Part shown: piece by piece, positions 39,324 through 54,469 of the stretch
How the letters are laid out: each line of letters starts with the position of its first letter
How positions within the stretch are numbered: position 1 is the first letter of the stretch
Source: Lama guanicoe
Taxonomy: Eukaryota
Length of the DNA stretch: 64,000 nt
Direction: 5' to 3'
Assembly: GCA_013239625.1 (NCBI GenBank)
Contig: MU053881.1
Span: 13,468,879-13,532,878 of the forward strand
The notes under the pieces: generated by a model
What the model saw: only the letters and a program-made list of their open reading frames with translations
Database searches by the model: none
Told to the model about the DNA's origin: nothing
Translations under genes and position numbers: made by a program

Positions 39324-42300
39324 AGCTCATCATTCTTCTAAATCAAGATTATTCTTTTGCACTGGTGAAAAATAAAGATAAGTAAATAATAATTGTGTTT
39401 ATATAAATTAATAAAAGGTAATTAAATATATTCTTGGCATAAAAATTGAAAGAAAAACAAAAATGATACAGTTTTGTTACATGATATATGTATATTTAAA
39501 TATAATTAAAATTAATTATAAAGTTGTTTAAAACAGCAAATCTGTTCACTGACAACTGAGTGATTGGATTTTGGCTATTAATTTCATGATTTTCTATAAG
39601 TTTATTTTGCTCTCCATTTACCTAACCAGAAAATAGAAAAAGGATGATGAAGGGGAAAATTGTGACAAAGGTTTTAAAATTCATGTAAAATCTTTTAATT
39701 AGAAAAAAATTAAATGTAAGTTTTTCCAGCTTATCATCAGATAATTATTTTACAAGTATGAAATCAACATGTGAGAAAAAAATTAAGGAACTTCCCAAAA
39801 CCATTTAGCTGTCCTGTATGCCTTGGAAGATGCTCACACTGCTGGAAGTTAAGCTTCAGTTCTTTGATATGAATATCTTGCACAACAAAAGTTCAAATTT
39901 TACTGCTTTTAACATTTATAGTTAAGTAGTAAAATAGTACAGAAATACATTTCTGTTTGGGGTGTGAATTTGTGTTCTATACGTTATAAAAAAATCATTT
40001 AATCCAGGCCAGATGAAAATTGTTGCATGCTTGGAACGGGAGCAGTTTACTGATCGCTGAATGATAGAGCTTGTCCCATATCCAACTGTAGTGAGTAGTG
40101 AAGTCCTTATCTATTTAGAGGTTTTTATTTTTAATTAGCATGTTTTCTTTTACTAGAGATCTAGAAATCTTTCGGCTCCCCACCCCCCTTTTTGTTTTGA
40201 GTTTTATAAATTGTTTATTTTTAGGATTTATCCTTTTCATCTAGATTTTCAAATATATTGGCATAAATTTATTAATAATATTCTCATCGGCTCCCTTTTT
40301 TATTAAAAAAGAAGTGTTGTAGCTCCTAGGCTCACTTTTCCCCCACCTCCTTCTCTCTCAGTTACATTTCTAATGCACGTTGGTGTTGACAGTAGCATTG
40401 CAAGAGATTTTCCAGTACAACAGATTCTCAGTGGCAAAGAGTGATCCTTTTTTTTTCTCGTTTTCAACTCTAGTTTACAACCCATGGCTCTTAAAGCTTT
40501 GAAAGGCTAATAAAAACTGCTGGCAATCCCTGAATTCATTACTTTGTAATCTATGGTGCTCGTTTAACTGTCATGGAATTTTGCTCTATTAAACTATACT
40601 CTATAATGCAAACAAGTATGTGCTCCCTGTCTGATAAAAAAATAAATGAATTCCCCAGACCAAAGGCTAAAGAGAAACATAAATTAAATCAAGATGTTTA
40701 AAGTCGATGACTTCAAATTCCTAAAGCAGAGAGTCAAACTTTCCAGAGCTTAATTCCAGCCACATCACTGATACTCGGATGGTGAAGAGGCAGAAAAGGC
40801 AGGCTGTGAATAGCTCTTTCACTAGCCTGCAGGCTACATGTTATATGTTCTAGAAAACAGATGGGAAAAAGATTACCTTTTGTTTCTGTACCGACTAGAG
40901 GTACGTACACCCTTACAGGTTCAGCACTTCAGTTGTGAGAACTCAGTGTCAAGCCATTTCCCTCTGGCAGGTAGAATACTTGTTTATCCCTCCGTTTTAT
41001 TTGCAAAATATCTTATAACATGGGTTCTTTCAGAGTTTTGTGATAAGATTTGCTAGCATCCGTGTACTTTAAATTGCACTCAAATTCAACTGTTTCTCAA
41101 GCCCTTGTAACATTTTTTGCAGGGTTATTCAGTACTCTTCTCGCCGATCATAACACCAAGTACCACGTCCTTACCGTCTTTACTTGGTAGCAATTAAACT
41201 GTTTGTACCTATAAGATTGAAAAGCCCTTTCAGGGATTGGTTACAATGAGGCAATTCAGGTATACATCAGTCTGAAGTCCTCTGGCATATGGTTCTTCAT
41301 TCTATTTGGATGGAAATCAAATTGGAAGAAAAGAGGCACTTTTGGGCTGGCAGAGAGGTGAGTGATACTTTTGAAATATCTACAAATCCCACTTTTCTTT
41401 CAAGTTCACAGTACTTCAGGGGGAGATGCCTGCCAAGATCTCAAGGAAGCTGCTTGCCTCAGAAGAGAGCCCTAGGATAGGAAAGTCGTGTGAACGTGCG
41501 AGAGAGTAAAAGGATGGAAAGCAGGCATTCATTACTGCAGTCTTTTACTTGATTTAGCCTGAGTCTACTTTTGAATGTGCTTTGGCTAGAAAACTTCCCC
41601 TTTTGGAACTTCAGAAGAGACGTGGATTTTTAAAAGAGTAGATTTTTACATGAGAAAACCTGGATCGTTAAGTTCACCAAGCAGAGTGTCTAAAACCACT
41701 CAGATACACGCCAGTCTCGCCAGGAAGTGATGACACTTGGGATATTTCTGCACCTTCTGTGTCCTTTCGGTATTGAGAGCATAAGAATCTGAGTGTTCTT
41801 CCTGTTCCTGAAAATGTCATCTCAACAGATCTGATCAGCCTCACACGTGTCACCTGACTTTGGTTTGATCCAAGGACGTTTCAGGGAATAGTCTTTGATG
41901 TTGGACATATGTTCGAAGGATGCATCGCCCAAGTGTAAGTGGAGGCTACCAACACTACTGAGCTAACACCTACATAAAATTTGGGGAGTGCTTTTTTTTT
42001 TATTTTACAGCTGTCATTCCATTTTCACACCTCAGATCCCAACTCGAGCTTGTCAGTGGTTATTGTTTGACAGCAAAATGGCAAATTGAGGTGTCAAAAA
42101 AGAGTATTTCTTTTCAAATATAAATCCTTTGGAAGACAAGACAAAGGAGGAATTTTATGGCTAAGCAGTCTCTTAGGATGTAGCTTTCAGCACCCAGTTC
42201 TGCACAGGGAGTGTTCATATGAATCATTTCCACACAATCTCCTGTAAAACACCACATTGAATTAATCGCTTTCTATTGACTTTCTCTGTGCTTTTTGTGC

Positions 42301-45300
42301 TTTTGAAGACAGGAACTGAAATGCTCAGCAATCAATGATAGTATTTTTTCCTTTGTGTCTTTGACCATATGGCCTTTAGTCTCAGTTGACGATTAGTGAA
42401 ATAAAGAAAAAAAATGAATTTCACAAGTCTGTGATTTTTCAGGTAAAACTGTTGACAAAGATAAGCTGGAAACACAAAATGAATGGCATGTTAAAATACT
42501 GATTTCTATGTTGGAATCTTGACCACAGTGTTCAGCCAGGACACTGCTTATGATGTGTCAATGATGTTATTGAACCAATAGAAAAACTTGTATGAAACTT
42601 AGGAATTTAGTTGAATGTGTTTGTTGCTTTCTTTTTAAAGACTGGAAATATTTGAATAATGGCTTGAATTTTGTAGCAGCCAAATATGTGTTGGTGTATT
42701 CACAGAAAAGATAAGAGAGAGTTTAATATTTTTTTGCAATGATACGTATACAAACTTTACTTCAAGACGTGGATTATAAGTCTACGTTGTTCAGTTTATC
42801 TACAGAACTGGTTAAAAATTTTATGAACGATAATAACAGTGAAAAACTATAAATCCTAGCCTTTACCACCAGAAAAATGAAAAGGTTTAGGTTTCAAAGC
42901 AAAAATGCAAGAAGTCAATAGACCAGCATAAGGAGAGGACAAGATTATTGTTCTGTACTTGGTCTCAGAACCCAAGTTCATAAAGTTGTAGTTTCCACAC
43001 ATGTGAACTAAAGTAAATTCAACAATCCTTATATTAGTCTGCTCCACCTAAACAGTACTGTAGCCATTTTTAACCTATCCACATAACCAGAAAATTAAAA
43101 TATGGCAGAAAATGATGAACGTGGAACTTAATATGTGTTAACAACAACAACAACAAAAACCCCAATTTACTTACAGAAACGAATTCGAAGTTGAACATTT
43201 TTCAAATGAAACAGATTAACTATGACAAGCAGATAAATATCTTAAAATAACTTGGGAAACCACATCTCTGAATCTGCTTTTACCTAATTTCTGAGTTTTA
43301 TATATGCGTTAGCACTGACACCATCTCATGCCTTGGGAACAGGGTACCTAAATGTTATAGCGAACAGGAAAAAATGTATATCAAATATGACGAAGAGCTG
43401 GAAGCATTATTTCATTTCAGCTGTCCTTAGAAAACACTTTCAACGTAAAAAATGAAACTAATTTTTTTTTAACAAAAGTCACTTAACAAGTAACCAAACA
43501 TCAAAGTTAAGAAAGTATTATGCGATGGCACGTCCAAAGAAAAAAGTGAAAATGAAAGAGTACCAAAAAAAAAGTGCAGAACAAATATTGCAGTGGTTAT
43601 CAACCACATATTTGAATTTGCTGAAGAATTCCTAAAGTCAAAAGAACAACATTTATAGAATTCATTTCACTTTACTCTCTGATTATAAGATATTATACTA
43701 CAGAGTAGATAAGAAATGAAAATGAATCAGTGGTACTTTCTGTATTTGCATCAGATCAACTTCATCGGGGTGGCAAACAGATCCAACAGTCATGAGTAAT
43801 AACGTCCATAAATAGCCTTGAATAGCTTCTTTCTGTCTGCAAAGCCCCTAATAACAGAATTTTGAGCACGACCTAAAAATATCCTACTGAGTATGTAAGT
43901 GTACATGGCATAAACATGCTTCCCTTACTTTCTAATTCTTGAATGCCCTCTACATTTAAAAAATTGTCATGAATTTTTATTTTACACTTACTGTTTGCCA
44001 AACATGATCACATTAAATTCACAAAAATTCTATCCTAATTTTTTTTGCCAGATGAGGAAACTGAGGCTTAGCTGCATTAATTAGCTAGCCTGAGATCACT
44101 CTGTTCAATGAATGGAACCTGGATTTAAACCTCCGTCTTGCTGATACCTGAGCCCACCTCCATCTAGACAGCCAGACTGCAGGACAGGAGGCGTGGAACA
44201 GGAAATGAGAGGATGTCGACGGCAATGTGTTACTCCGTTTGCTGCCACTAACATGCTACCAACCCACCATCCTGAGGGTTATTCTAAGGAGCCCTGTAAA
44301 ATGAGTCCTCAAAACTGTCCAACTGGAGATGAAAGAGAGCATTATTTACCCAGAGACTCCTGTCCTGCACTGGCGAGGAGTGACCCCAAGGCCATCCACC
44401 CAAGTACATTTCCGGGTTGCACATTTTGGAGTAACTAGTAAAAAGCCCTTGAGTTGGGAGCAAGTGTTTGGAGCTTTTGTGTGGGTGAAAAGAGCCAACC
44501 AAAACCAGTTCTGGGCCTGGTGTAGAAGTCTCTGTACTATTTGCTCAGTTTTTCTGTAAATCTGAAAATTTTATTTAAAAAAAAAAGGTTATGAATTAAA
44601 AAACAAACAAAAAACAAAACCTGAATTCTGAATTGGTCACAGCGGCAGTACCGAAATGAGAGGAGAAACCAAAAGACTCTGAAGAGGTGTACAAGAGGTA
44701 TTTCTTACACCCTGCTTCCACCTCCTTGAGGGAAATCACTTTGAGAACCAATTGTTTCCAAGTAACATCATGATGTTCAGAAAAACCAAAAAGCATAGAA
44801 CTTTCATGTTAATGATAAAGCCTAGCCCAATGTCTTGTCCATGGTAAGTACTCAATTAAAAAAAAAACTATTGGTTTATTTAACTATGCTCCTCTCATTA
44901 AGTTGCATTATTTAAATGTTTTATTTACTACATTTAACTTATTATTTCATTTGAAATCTGTTTTGGTGCATAATTAATTTTTTCCCTAAATTAGTCTCCT
45001 CATGACCAAAATAAATACTGAATATTCCATCTTTTCCTCTGTTGACTTGAAAGTCTTTTTGGATTTTCTCTTAATGACTTAATCTACTTGATTAAATATG
45101 ATAAGGTTATGAGCATTACATGCAGTTATTGCAAGAAAAGTGCTGAGCAAAGTTTCTGGAACAAAATATGCATTCAATCAATAGTCTTTTTTCCTCTTTG
45201 ACATACTATCGGCTTCAATCTTGGGTCATGAATTAAAAGATATATTCCTACTCTAGATCTGCTGATAATCTTGAAAAAATGTGACAACTGCATTTTATTA

Positions 45301-47268
45301 AATAATTTCATCCCAGGATGAAATGGCCCTAATTAAAAATGATCTTAATTTTTACAGAAACCTACTTTATTATGGAATAAACTATTCAGCACATAACAAC
45401 TTCACAAATATATTTATAGCATATTAAGGTGAAACAATCAATCTTCACTAATTATTTTCCATGAATTTTATAGTCATTTAGGTGGGTAAATATAGTTAAA
45501 TTATGAAAAGATGTGAAAAATGATTTATATAATAAATGTTGAAAGCATTGCACTTTTGACACAGACGTATAGATGAAAGTATTTGTCCTGGAAGTAAATT
45601 ATAATGTAAATCAGTGTTAATAGTTTATTTTAACTCTATTCCCCCCGAATAATTACATTTGTATCATAATAGAAACCATCTTGAATTTAATGGTGCTAAA
45701 AAAATCATAACTGACAGTACAACAAAATCGACTTGTAATTTTTTCGGAAATGTTCAGCAGAAGCATAGATACCATCTGCATTAATACAGCATTTTCTGTT
45801 TGTGCTCTGCTTTTGTTTAATTGACCATGCAAAATTGTCATTTATAAGTAACACAGCATTTATCTTCAGATCTGCAAATTTCAAGATGTTTTAAAAGAAA
45901 TTATTTTTGAATGTATATCATTTTGGCAGGAGTAGAGGATAGTCATGCACATAATGAAATAAATTTTGACCCTGTAAGATTGGGAGGAGGAATATAATAA
46001 ATACATAAAGTGTCTAGCAGAATTCTTGGAACAAAGCAACTATTCAAATCCTACAATTCTGCTGTCGGTGATTAGAACAAAAAGGGGTCAATGCTGAATT
46101 TGTAGCAGAGTTCAAAGCAGAGATGGGTGTTTGAATTCATTTTCTCATGCATTTAATCAGCAAAGCTTTACCTGTCACCAACTATATGCCAGACATTGAA
46201 CTATATAGTAGAGATACAGTTGTGAAAGAGACACTGCCCCTGCCTATAATTTAGAAATGGGGAAACTAATAACTATTTTTTGAAAAAGTTACGCCACTGT
46301 GTATACTTTGTTAAGGGAAAGACACAAGACAAGAAAACTGCTGAGCAAAGCCCAGAACTGGAATATTCTATAAATCCTTTCTTAAACTAAATGAGATCAA
46401 GTATGTGAAATCACCTAACCCAGTTCTCAGCATCGTGTAGGCAATGGAAAAACAAAATTATGGCTGCAACTGGGCTGTGATGCAAACATCTGCTTTTGTA
46501 ACTCAAACTGCCAGACGTGAGATGTCAGGACCATACGTAGGCAGTACGTACCACTCTGATTTCATTCCATACATAGTTAAATATTTCTTGACACCTGAAA
46601 TATTATTTTGACAACTTGGTAAATTTGTTACCAGGTGTATACCATGTATTTCTGTAACATGGAGAGAGTGTTTTTTTTAAATCAAGAATTTTAGGCGACA
46701 ATGTTTAAGTACACAATTGGACAAAGTAAGGTGTCCTTCTCATTCAAGAAATTTTCATGACTATATTCAGCATATTCTAGGTGCTGGAGATACAAGTTGA
46801 ATAGGGCATTTTTCTGACCCTCTAGCAGTAGAGTGCCCCTTGGCATTTTTAAGCAGGAACAGCTACTGGGATTATGAGAAACAATAGGATGAAACAGATA
46901 TTTGACTTAATAAGAAAATAATAGGAAGTGGTAGATTTTTTCCAAATATCTGGAATGATAACATGTTGAAGAAAGATCCAACTTTTATGTAACTCAACAA
47001 AGCAGAGTCAGAGCCAAAGAAGGCACTTTGGCTACAAATAGAGTTAGCCACCGGTGCTAGCTGCTTGGAGACTCTAGCTAGTCAGTGCTAAGCTTCTTTG
47101 CCCTTTGTCAAGACTGCTGGAGAACAAACACCACTGGAAAAGGTGCCCTCTGTTCCTCCTGCCGTGACCAGCGCATACAGCACTAATGAGCCATGGTCAG
47201 AATATGTCTCAACATAGGACTTCAGGTAGCCATAGCCAGATTAGTTTTTTAGCTCAAATGTTGCCATT

Positions 47269-47562
47269 TTTTTAAAAATATATTTTTATAGAGGTTTAAT
47301 CAGTTTACAATGTTGTGTCAATTTCTGATGTACAGCACAATGCTTCAGTCATATAGGAACATAAATATATTCATTTTCATATTCTTTTTCACCATAGGTT
47401 ACTACAAGACATTGAATATAGTTCCCTGTGCTGTACAGTATAAATTTGTTGTTTTATCTATTTTATGTATATTAGTATCTGCAAATCTCAAACTCTTAAT
47501 TTATCACTTCCTGCCCCCTTCCCCACCAGTAACTGTAAGTTTGTTTTCTATGCCTGTGAGTG
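47269..47562 (-). mobile_element. 5'-truncated young L1 3' end with a perfect 13-bp TSD
   Basis: TSD AAATGTTGCCATT at 47256-47268 and 47563-47575; same family motif. Confidence 0.85.
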
Positions 47563-47699
47563 AAATGTTGCCATTCTTGAGGTAAGACAAACTCCTCAAT
47601 AAATTAGTGATTAGGGTTTACCGAAGATTTTTTTCTAAATGAATTAAGTTATACCTCCCATTCATTAAAGCTACTGAGTCTTACCCTTGCTAACAACTA

Positions 47700-50330
47700 T
47701 CTTGATGGAGTAAATCCAAGTGACAGCCTTACCTTGTTCTTGATCTTAGAAGAAAAGTGTTAAATATTTTTATAAAAGCATGATATTAGCTGTGGGTTTG
47801 TTTTATAGATGATTAATTTTAGATTGAATATTATCTCTTTAATTTCTAGTTTGCTACAAGCTTTCATTACAACCAGTTACTGAATTTTCTCAAAGGATTT
47901 TTTTTGCAATTATTAAGATCATCATACGATTTTTCATTTTTCACTCTTATGTTATAAATTACACTGATTGATTTTAAAAGTTATACCAAGTTTCTGATTT
48001 CTGGAATAAGTCCAAGAATTTAGTCCTAGTGTATTATCGTCTTTTATATACTGTTGGATTTTGTTAATATTTCATCAAAGTGTTTGCAGCTATATTAATA
48101 AGGGACACTGAGTAAAATTTTATTTTCTTGCAATGTTTATTGTCAGTTTTGGTATCAAAGTTATTATAGTAGCCTCGTAAAACAAGTTGGTATATATTCC
48201 CACTCCTGCTATTTCCAAAAAAATTGTTATAAATTTGTATTATGTGATCCTTAAATGTTTGATAGGATTCACCAGTGAAGCCATCTGGCCCTGGAGTTTT
48301 CTTTGTGGGGAACTTTTTAGTAATTGGTCCACTGATTTAATAGTTATAAGGTATTAAACGTTCCTTTTTGTGTGTGCAAGTGTTAGTGAATAGTGATTTT
48401 CAAGGAGACTGTCCATTTCATCTAAGTTGTTGACTTCAGTAAGCTCAAGCATTCATAATATTCCCCTATGATCCATTTAATGTCTGAAAGCTATGTGGTA
48501 ATACACCCTATGTGTGTTTCTCCTTTTTCCTTTGTGTCTAGCTATTGATTGTAATATCCATTTAATGTCTGAAAGCTATGTGGTAATACACCCTATTGCC
48601 TTCCTTTCTTTCCACCCTATGTGTGTTTCTCCTTTTTCCTTTGTGTCTAGCTATTGATTGTATCAATATTAATTTTATTATTTTTGCAAAGAAATCAACT
48701 TTTGGCTGTGTTAATTTTCTGCATTATTTATTTTCTATTTAAATCTCTTATGTTCTTATTTTTATTTGCTTTACTCTTTTCTGTTTGGGTTTGTGTCTCC
48801 TTTTAAAAAATTTTTCCTTGATATTTTTTCAAAACTTGCTTATTTCAAAACTTTAATCTTTTCTAAAATATGAATTTAAATAGCCAAAATTTTCCCTCTC
48901 AACAGGACTTCAAAGTTTTTTATCCAGTGTCATTGAGTCAACATATTTTCTAGTTTCATTATGATTTCTTTTTTGGTCCATGGACTATTTAGAAGTATCT
49001 CACTTAGTTTCAAATATTTGGACATTTTCTAATTTCCTTGTTATGTATTTACAATTTAGTTCCACTATGATATGAGAATATAGGTGGTACGTTTTCAGTC
49101 TTGAATCAGTTGGTGCTTAATTTATAGTACAGCATATGGTCTATTTTGATTCATGTTTCATGTGCACCTTAAAAATAATGGATTCTGAACTTGGGGGAGT
49201 ATTCAGCAATGTCTATCTGGTCACATTTGTCACTAATGTACAATTTTTCTATGTCCTTACATGATTTTTGTCTCTATGCTCTATTAATTTTTGAGGAAAA
49301 TAATTTATCAAAAAAGTCATCTCTTCTCCATTTATGAAAGATACTTGAGGAAAGAATCTTGAATTCTAAGTTCACAGTTTTCTTACCACACTTGCCCCCA
49401 CCAACACTTAGGAGATAATCTTTCTATTATTTCCCAACTTTGATTTTTTCCTAATAAGAAGTGAGTCTTCATTCTTATTCTTGTTCAGTGGAATGCAATG
49501 TATCTTGCTTTTTCAGGCTGCTTTTAACTTTTTTTTCCTTATCTTTGGTATTCAGCAGTCTGACTATAATGTGTATAAGCTGTTTTTCTTTGTATTTTTC
49601 TTGCTTGGGGTTTCCTGAGGCTTTTGGTCTGTGACTTGATTACATACTACTATTTGTTGTTATGTAATAGATCTCAAATGTTCTGTTCTGGTTTTTATTT
49701 TTATATTTTAATTCTTTGCTGCAGTCTAAATAGTTTTCTCACTCGTCTTTCTTTGTATTTATTGTTTACTTTTTTCTGCTCTGTCCAGCCGATCCAAAGA
49801 TCATTTATATTTTAGATGTATTTTTCTCTTGTAATAATTCCATTTGGTTCTTTTTTAGGTTTTTCCATTTCTCTGCTATGATTCTTCATTGCTCTCCACC
49901 CACTTTCACCATACTTTCCTAAGTCTTCCAATATATCTATAATACATGTTTTAATACATTTAGGTTTAATTTTTTTATTGTTAATTCCAATATCTAAGTC
50001 ATCTGTGGGTCTACTTCTGTTGAGTTTATTTTAATTTTTGTACCCATGTTCCTTTCTTCTCATATCTTGTAAATTTGAACTGAATACTGGACAGTATGGA
50101 TGATATGCTGTTGAAAATCTGGATTACGCTGTCTTCTTTGAAAGAACGTTGTGTTTCATTTCAGTAGAGAGTGAGAAAACAGGCAGACTGGCTTGATCTA
50201 ATTTAAATGTTGTTTTAGGCGGGCCCCTGAAGAACCTTGGTTTTGCTCTTACAACTAGGATGTAGCTTTGACCCCTTCCTCTTAAGGCATGAATCTCCTG
50301 GGATTTCAAGGGAAATCCAAAAATGTTTAC
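47700..50330 (-). mobile_element. Old L1M fragment(s), decayed ORF2 and upstream parts
   Basis: T-rich + strand with antisense ORF2 hallmarks (TGATATTAGCTGTGGGTTT; GGATTCACCAGTGAAGCCATCTGGCCCTGGAGTTTTCTTTGTGGG). Confidence 0.75.
48471..48662 (+). repeat. Tandem duplication (83-bp copy plus 107-bp copy)
   Basis: 48471-48553 is identical to 48556-48662 except for 24 extra nt in copy 2. Confidence 0.95.
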
Positions 50331-52839
50331 TGAGTCCCTCTAGCTTGTTGGAACTTAAGATCCAAATGTCTCTCTAGCAATAGGTTGCTGAAATTTCTGT
50401 TCAAGTCTTTACTAGATTATTATTTCCACAGCTCAAAATACACTTTTTTTTCAATAATATTTTCTATGAGGTAGTTCCTTTGGCTCTGAGGAAGTACCAT
50501 GCAACTCCATTTTGTAGCATGTGAACTATGATGTTACCTGTGTGACTTGGTCATATTCAGTGACTTATAAGACTGTTGCAATCTCTGAAATGTACATTCA
50601 ATCAAAGCCATTTGAATTGCGTATCTGCTCAAAGCACACTGGCCCAAAGTGGCTGTCAACTGAGTTCACCCATGAATTGGTGTTCTCAAATAACCTCATC
50701 CTAAATACACATTTCCAACTGGGGCAAGCAAGAAATGTAAGCAGGAATTGATTTACCTTCCTATCGATGATAGCTCTGACATAGTCCCATTATTTCTTAG
50801 ACTAAGAGATCTTTAGGCCCCAAATATGCATGGTTTAAATCTTTTTACTGTGTATGTAAAAACCATGAGGGGCACGGAAGTAAAATGTCATCATCTAATG
50901 TCACACAGTTGCAGACACAGGACCCAAGTAACACATTTACCTCCCTTTGTAATAAAACCATTCTTACATTGAACATGGAGAAAGTATAACAAAGGATATT
51001 TATTCTTAAAGTGGTAGAAACCCCTTGTTCTTGTCCATAACCTGTAAAATAGTGTTGATTAATCCACTAGGCTTCCACAAAATAGCTGTCTTGGAACAAA
51101 TCTATGTTAAATATCATCACAGAATTCATTTTTCCCTTTGTACGCTGGATCCCTAAAAATCTGTAATGGCTTTTATTGATTATTATATTTCATATTATTT
51201 CAATCACCCAAGTCAATCTTTTTTTTTTTTTTGCCAGTCGTTTCAGAGACATACATAGCCAAATCCAGTAACATATGACTGAATGGTAATAAACTCATAG
51301 TACTATATTGAAGAAAACTGGAGAAAAATTTACTAAAATTCTTCAGATGCCTCTTTGGGAGGGCCAGAGTTCCTTCAGTGAGCTGCACTAACTGGACCTT
51401 AACCACACCCGTGTTCTCCCCTTGTCCTGTGCTCATAGCTTCTTAAGTGCATTATGGCTTATACTCATCCTAATAGTACTATAAGTACATCCTCACTCTC
51501 AAACTTGGCAAGGAAACATCGAGAAATAATAAGGTCTAATCCTCACTGTTAGAAAACAAATCTATTGTAGTTTCCCTTTTGTGCAATGGGAATAATTTGG
51601 CCCAGAAAGATGAAGTGACTTTTTCAAAGCTGATTGCGAGTAAGAATGAAAATTGATATCCTGGTTGTCTTCCAAACAGGGCCCTGTCCTCCTCTGAGAC
51701 ATTCATTGTCTCTCCCTCAATGTGTGTGTGTGTCAGAATGTGACAAGATTTTGTAAGCTACACTGAGGCAATGTTGAAGTCTGATAGATTTATTTTCCAG
51801 AGGGTAATCTATTGGTAACTGGTACAACTGGATGAGAGAGAACATACATAATTTTCCCAATCAACAAAATGTGGGGGAAACTGGATTAAACAAAGTCAAG
51901 CACATCTCTTTAGTGTTTCACTTATTTGCAAGTTTAGTATGCTAATATGCATGTACATTTCTGAAGGGGGAATAGAGACATTTCCCAACATTATTTGACC
52001 AAAGGATCTTTTTAAAAACTTATTTTTGCAAAGACCATCTATTAAAATAAACATCTGATTAGAAAAATTCTTCTGGAGAGGTTTAGCTCACATTATTCTC
52101 AGGACATTCTGGCCACTTAATAAAAATTTATTGAAAGAAGAAATGGACATTAAAATTGTATGTCCATTCATAATAATTTATACCTAAGGTCCATTCATTA
52201 TCAAATCTTGGTTCAGATAATGTCACCAAGGGCCATCTTGTGGGAAAAGAAGGTAGTTTATCTTCATGATGGTGACCTCAATGGATGGAGATATATTTCA
52301 AAGACTTCTAACTTCACTCTATCATCTTGAGAAGGTACCATCATTCTTAATCTCATTTAACTGCTATGTGGTTTAAAGTATCTGTCTTTTAAAAAGATTA
52401 ATAGAATCCATTATTGTATGTGAAATTTTAACTGAGTTTAAATATCTACAGGAACACCATCACTTGGGAAAAATGCCATGTTGTTTTCAGAAAGGGAAGT
52501 TTGAGAACTGATAGACCTTTTTAAGTCTCATCCAGCCAGAGAATGGATAAAAAAAAAGAAATAGTTTAGCCAATATTAACTTCCCTGGGAACAATGATTT
52601 TACTTTCCAATGGAGTAAAATACTATATTAAAATATGTTAGATAAGAAAGCATAATTATTAGCAATTGTCTCTTCAAATTTATAAGAGGAAGAATTCATT
52701 TGGAATTGATGATTTTTTTAGTCTATATTTATAATGTATATAACTATATATATTTACAACATTTTATGTTTTAATTTCAGTTACATTCTTGGAAATGAGA
52801 ATCAAAACAAGCAGTACTTTCCCTGTTGGGATTTTCCAA

Positions 52840-54060
52840 TTCAATAAATATTGAATGAATATACTGCAGAGAATCAAAAATAAAGTCCCTACTCTCAAAG
52901 AGCTTGAAATCTAAGAAGGGAGAATGACCAGTACAAAAAAATAACTATAATGACAGGCAGAAAGTGGCAAGCCAACTTTAAATAAGACAAAGTCCTATGA
53001 GGTTTTTGGATGTGGAGAAATCACATTCTGCTGTGAGGAAATCAGGGGAGGTATCACAGAGGTGGGTGGATTTGGGCTTTCAATCTAGTGTGAAAATGAG
53101 TATGATAAGGCATCAATGCAGGGTTTTATGTAAGCATATCGCAGGTATCCTGACGCTTAGCAAATACCACTTTTTCCTTGATTTTTTTTTGATTCTCCAT
53201 TACTGAATACAGTCTCTGTGCATTTGAACCGAGTATAGAGTACATGAATAGAAATATGGACAAGAAGGTATACTGGGCTCAGAACATGAAGCCCCTTTGA
53301 CTGGTGATTTTATCACATAGTATAATAGTATTGAAGTGTTTTTCTTAATCAAAAATGACATAATCAGGCTGATCTGGAAACACTGATTATGAAGGGGAAA
53401 TATAAGGGAAGATGAACTGGAAGCAGACAAGTAAGTGCAATGATTCAGGCAAACAGCCCCTTACTGAGGTCTGGGGAGTGAGCAGTGAGCTGAGGACTTG
53501 TGCCAGTCGTACTACAAACTGGAAACGACAAGACAGAGCAATTAGCGAGCAGTGGAGGGAGACGGACAGCCACAAAAATCAACTCTGGTTTTCAAGCCTG
53601 ACCAAAGAGAAGATGATGGTGCCATGTACCAAACTGAGCACCAGAGGGAAGAAAGCCAATGTGGGCAGAGGCAACAGTGAGTTCAGGTTTAGTGATTATG
53701 TTTGACAAGTTGGTGTGATGTCCAGGTGCAATTTTTGAAAAGTAAGTTGGAAATGTGGGACATGAGTTACCCAAGGCGAAAGTGAGAGGTAATAATAACT
53801 AGTCCGGCACGGACGACGGGCAGTAAGGCACGAGGGCTGGGCGATCAGGATGGTTGCGGCTGCAAGTAGCTGGGATCAGGGAAGACCACCGGGAGACCCA
53901 CTCTGCCTGAAGGGAAACATAATGGGTTCCTCCCAGTGAGAAAGGATACAGCGAAGAAGGTTGGGAGGAAGCCTTGGGGGAAGTACTTACATAAGAAGCT
54001 GTTAGAAATAGAGCCAAGCAGAAGTCCAGAGAGGAAATGGTCGAGAGAAGAGGAAATAAA
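52840..54060. mobile_element. Degraded L2 LINE fragments
   Basis: Purine-rich L2-like motifs (AAAGTCCCTACTCTCAAAGAGCTTGAAATCTA; GATGATGGTGCCAT; GTGAGTTCAGGTTTAG). Confidence 0.5.
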
Positions 54061-54469
54061 ATTCAATAGACATACTCAGTGCCTTTAGCTTCTGTGCATG
54101 CATAGTTTAAAAGACACCATCATCCATTGTCTCTCATTCTCTACTTGATTCATGTATCTGACTTGTTTCCAAACTACACTGGAAGAAGTTGGAAAAAAAA
54201 AAACAACCTGTCTTGTACTTAGGCATTCCTTGTAGTGTTTTGGGTACTCACAAATGTGTAAGACTTAAACTTTGAATTAACCAATACAGTTTACAGATCA
54301 CTTTATACGCATTATATCATTTGAGGGTCACAGTAATGTGGGGGTAAGCTAGACAAATGCAATGGATTCCATTTAAAGATTAAGCCTGGAGAGGTTAAGT
54401 GATGTGGCTAGTATCTTTCACTTAATTAAAAGAGGATTTGGGGCTTCATTCTGAGTCTGCTGGTTTATT

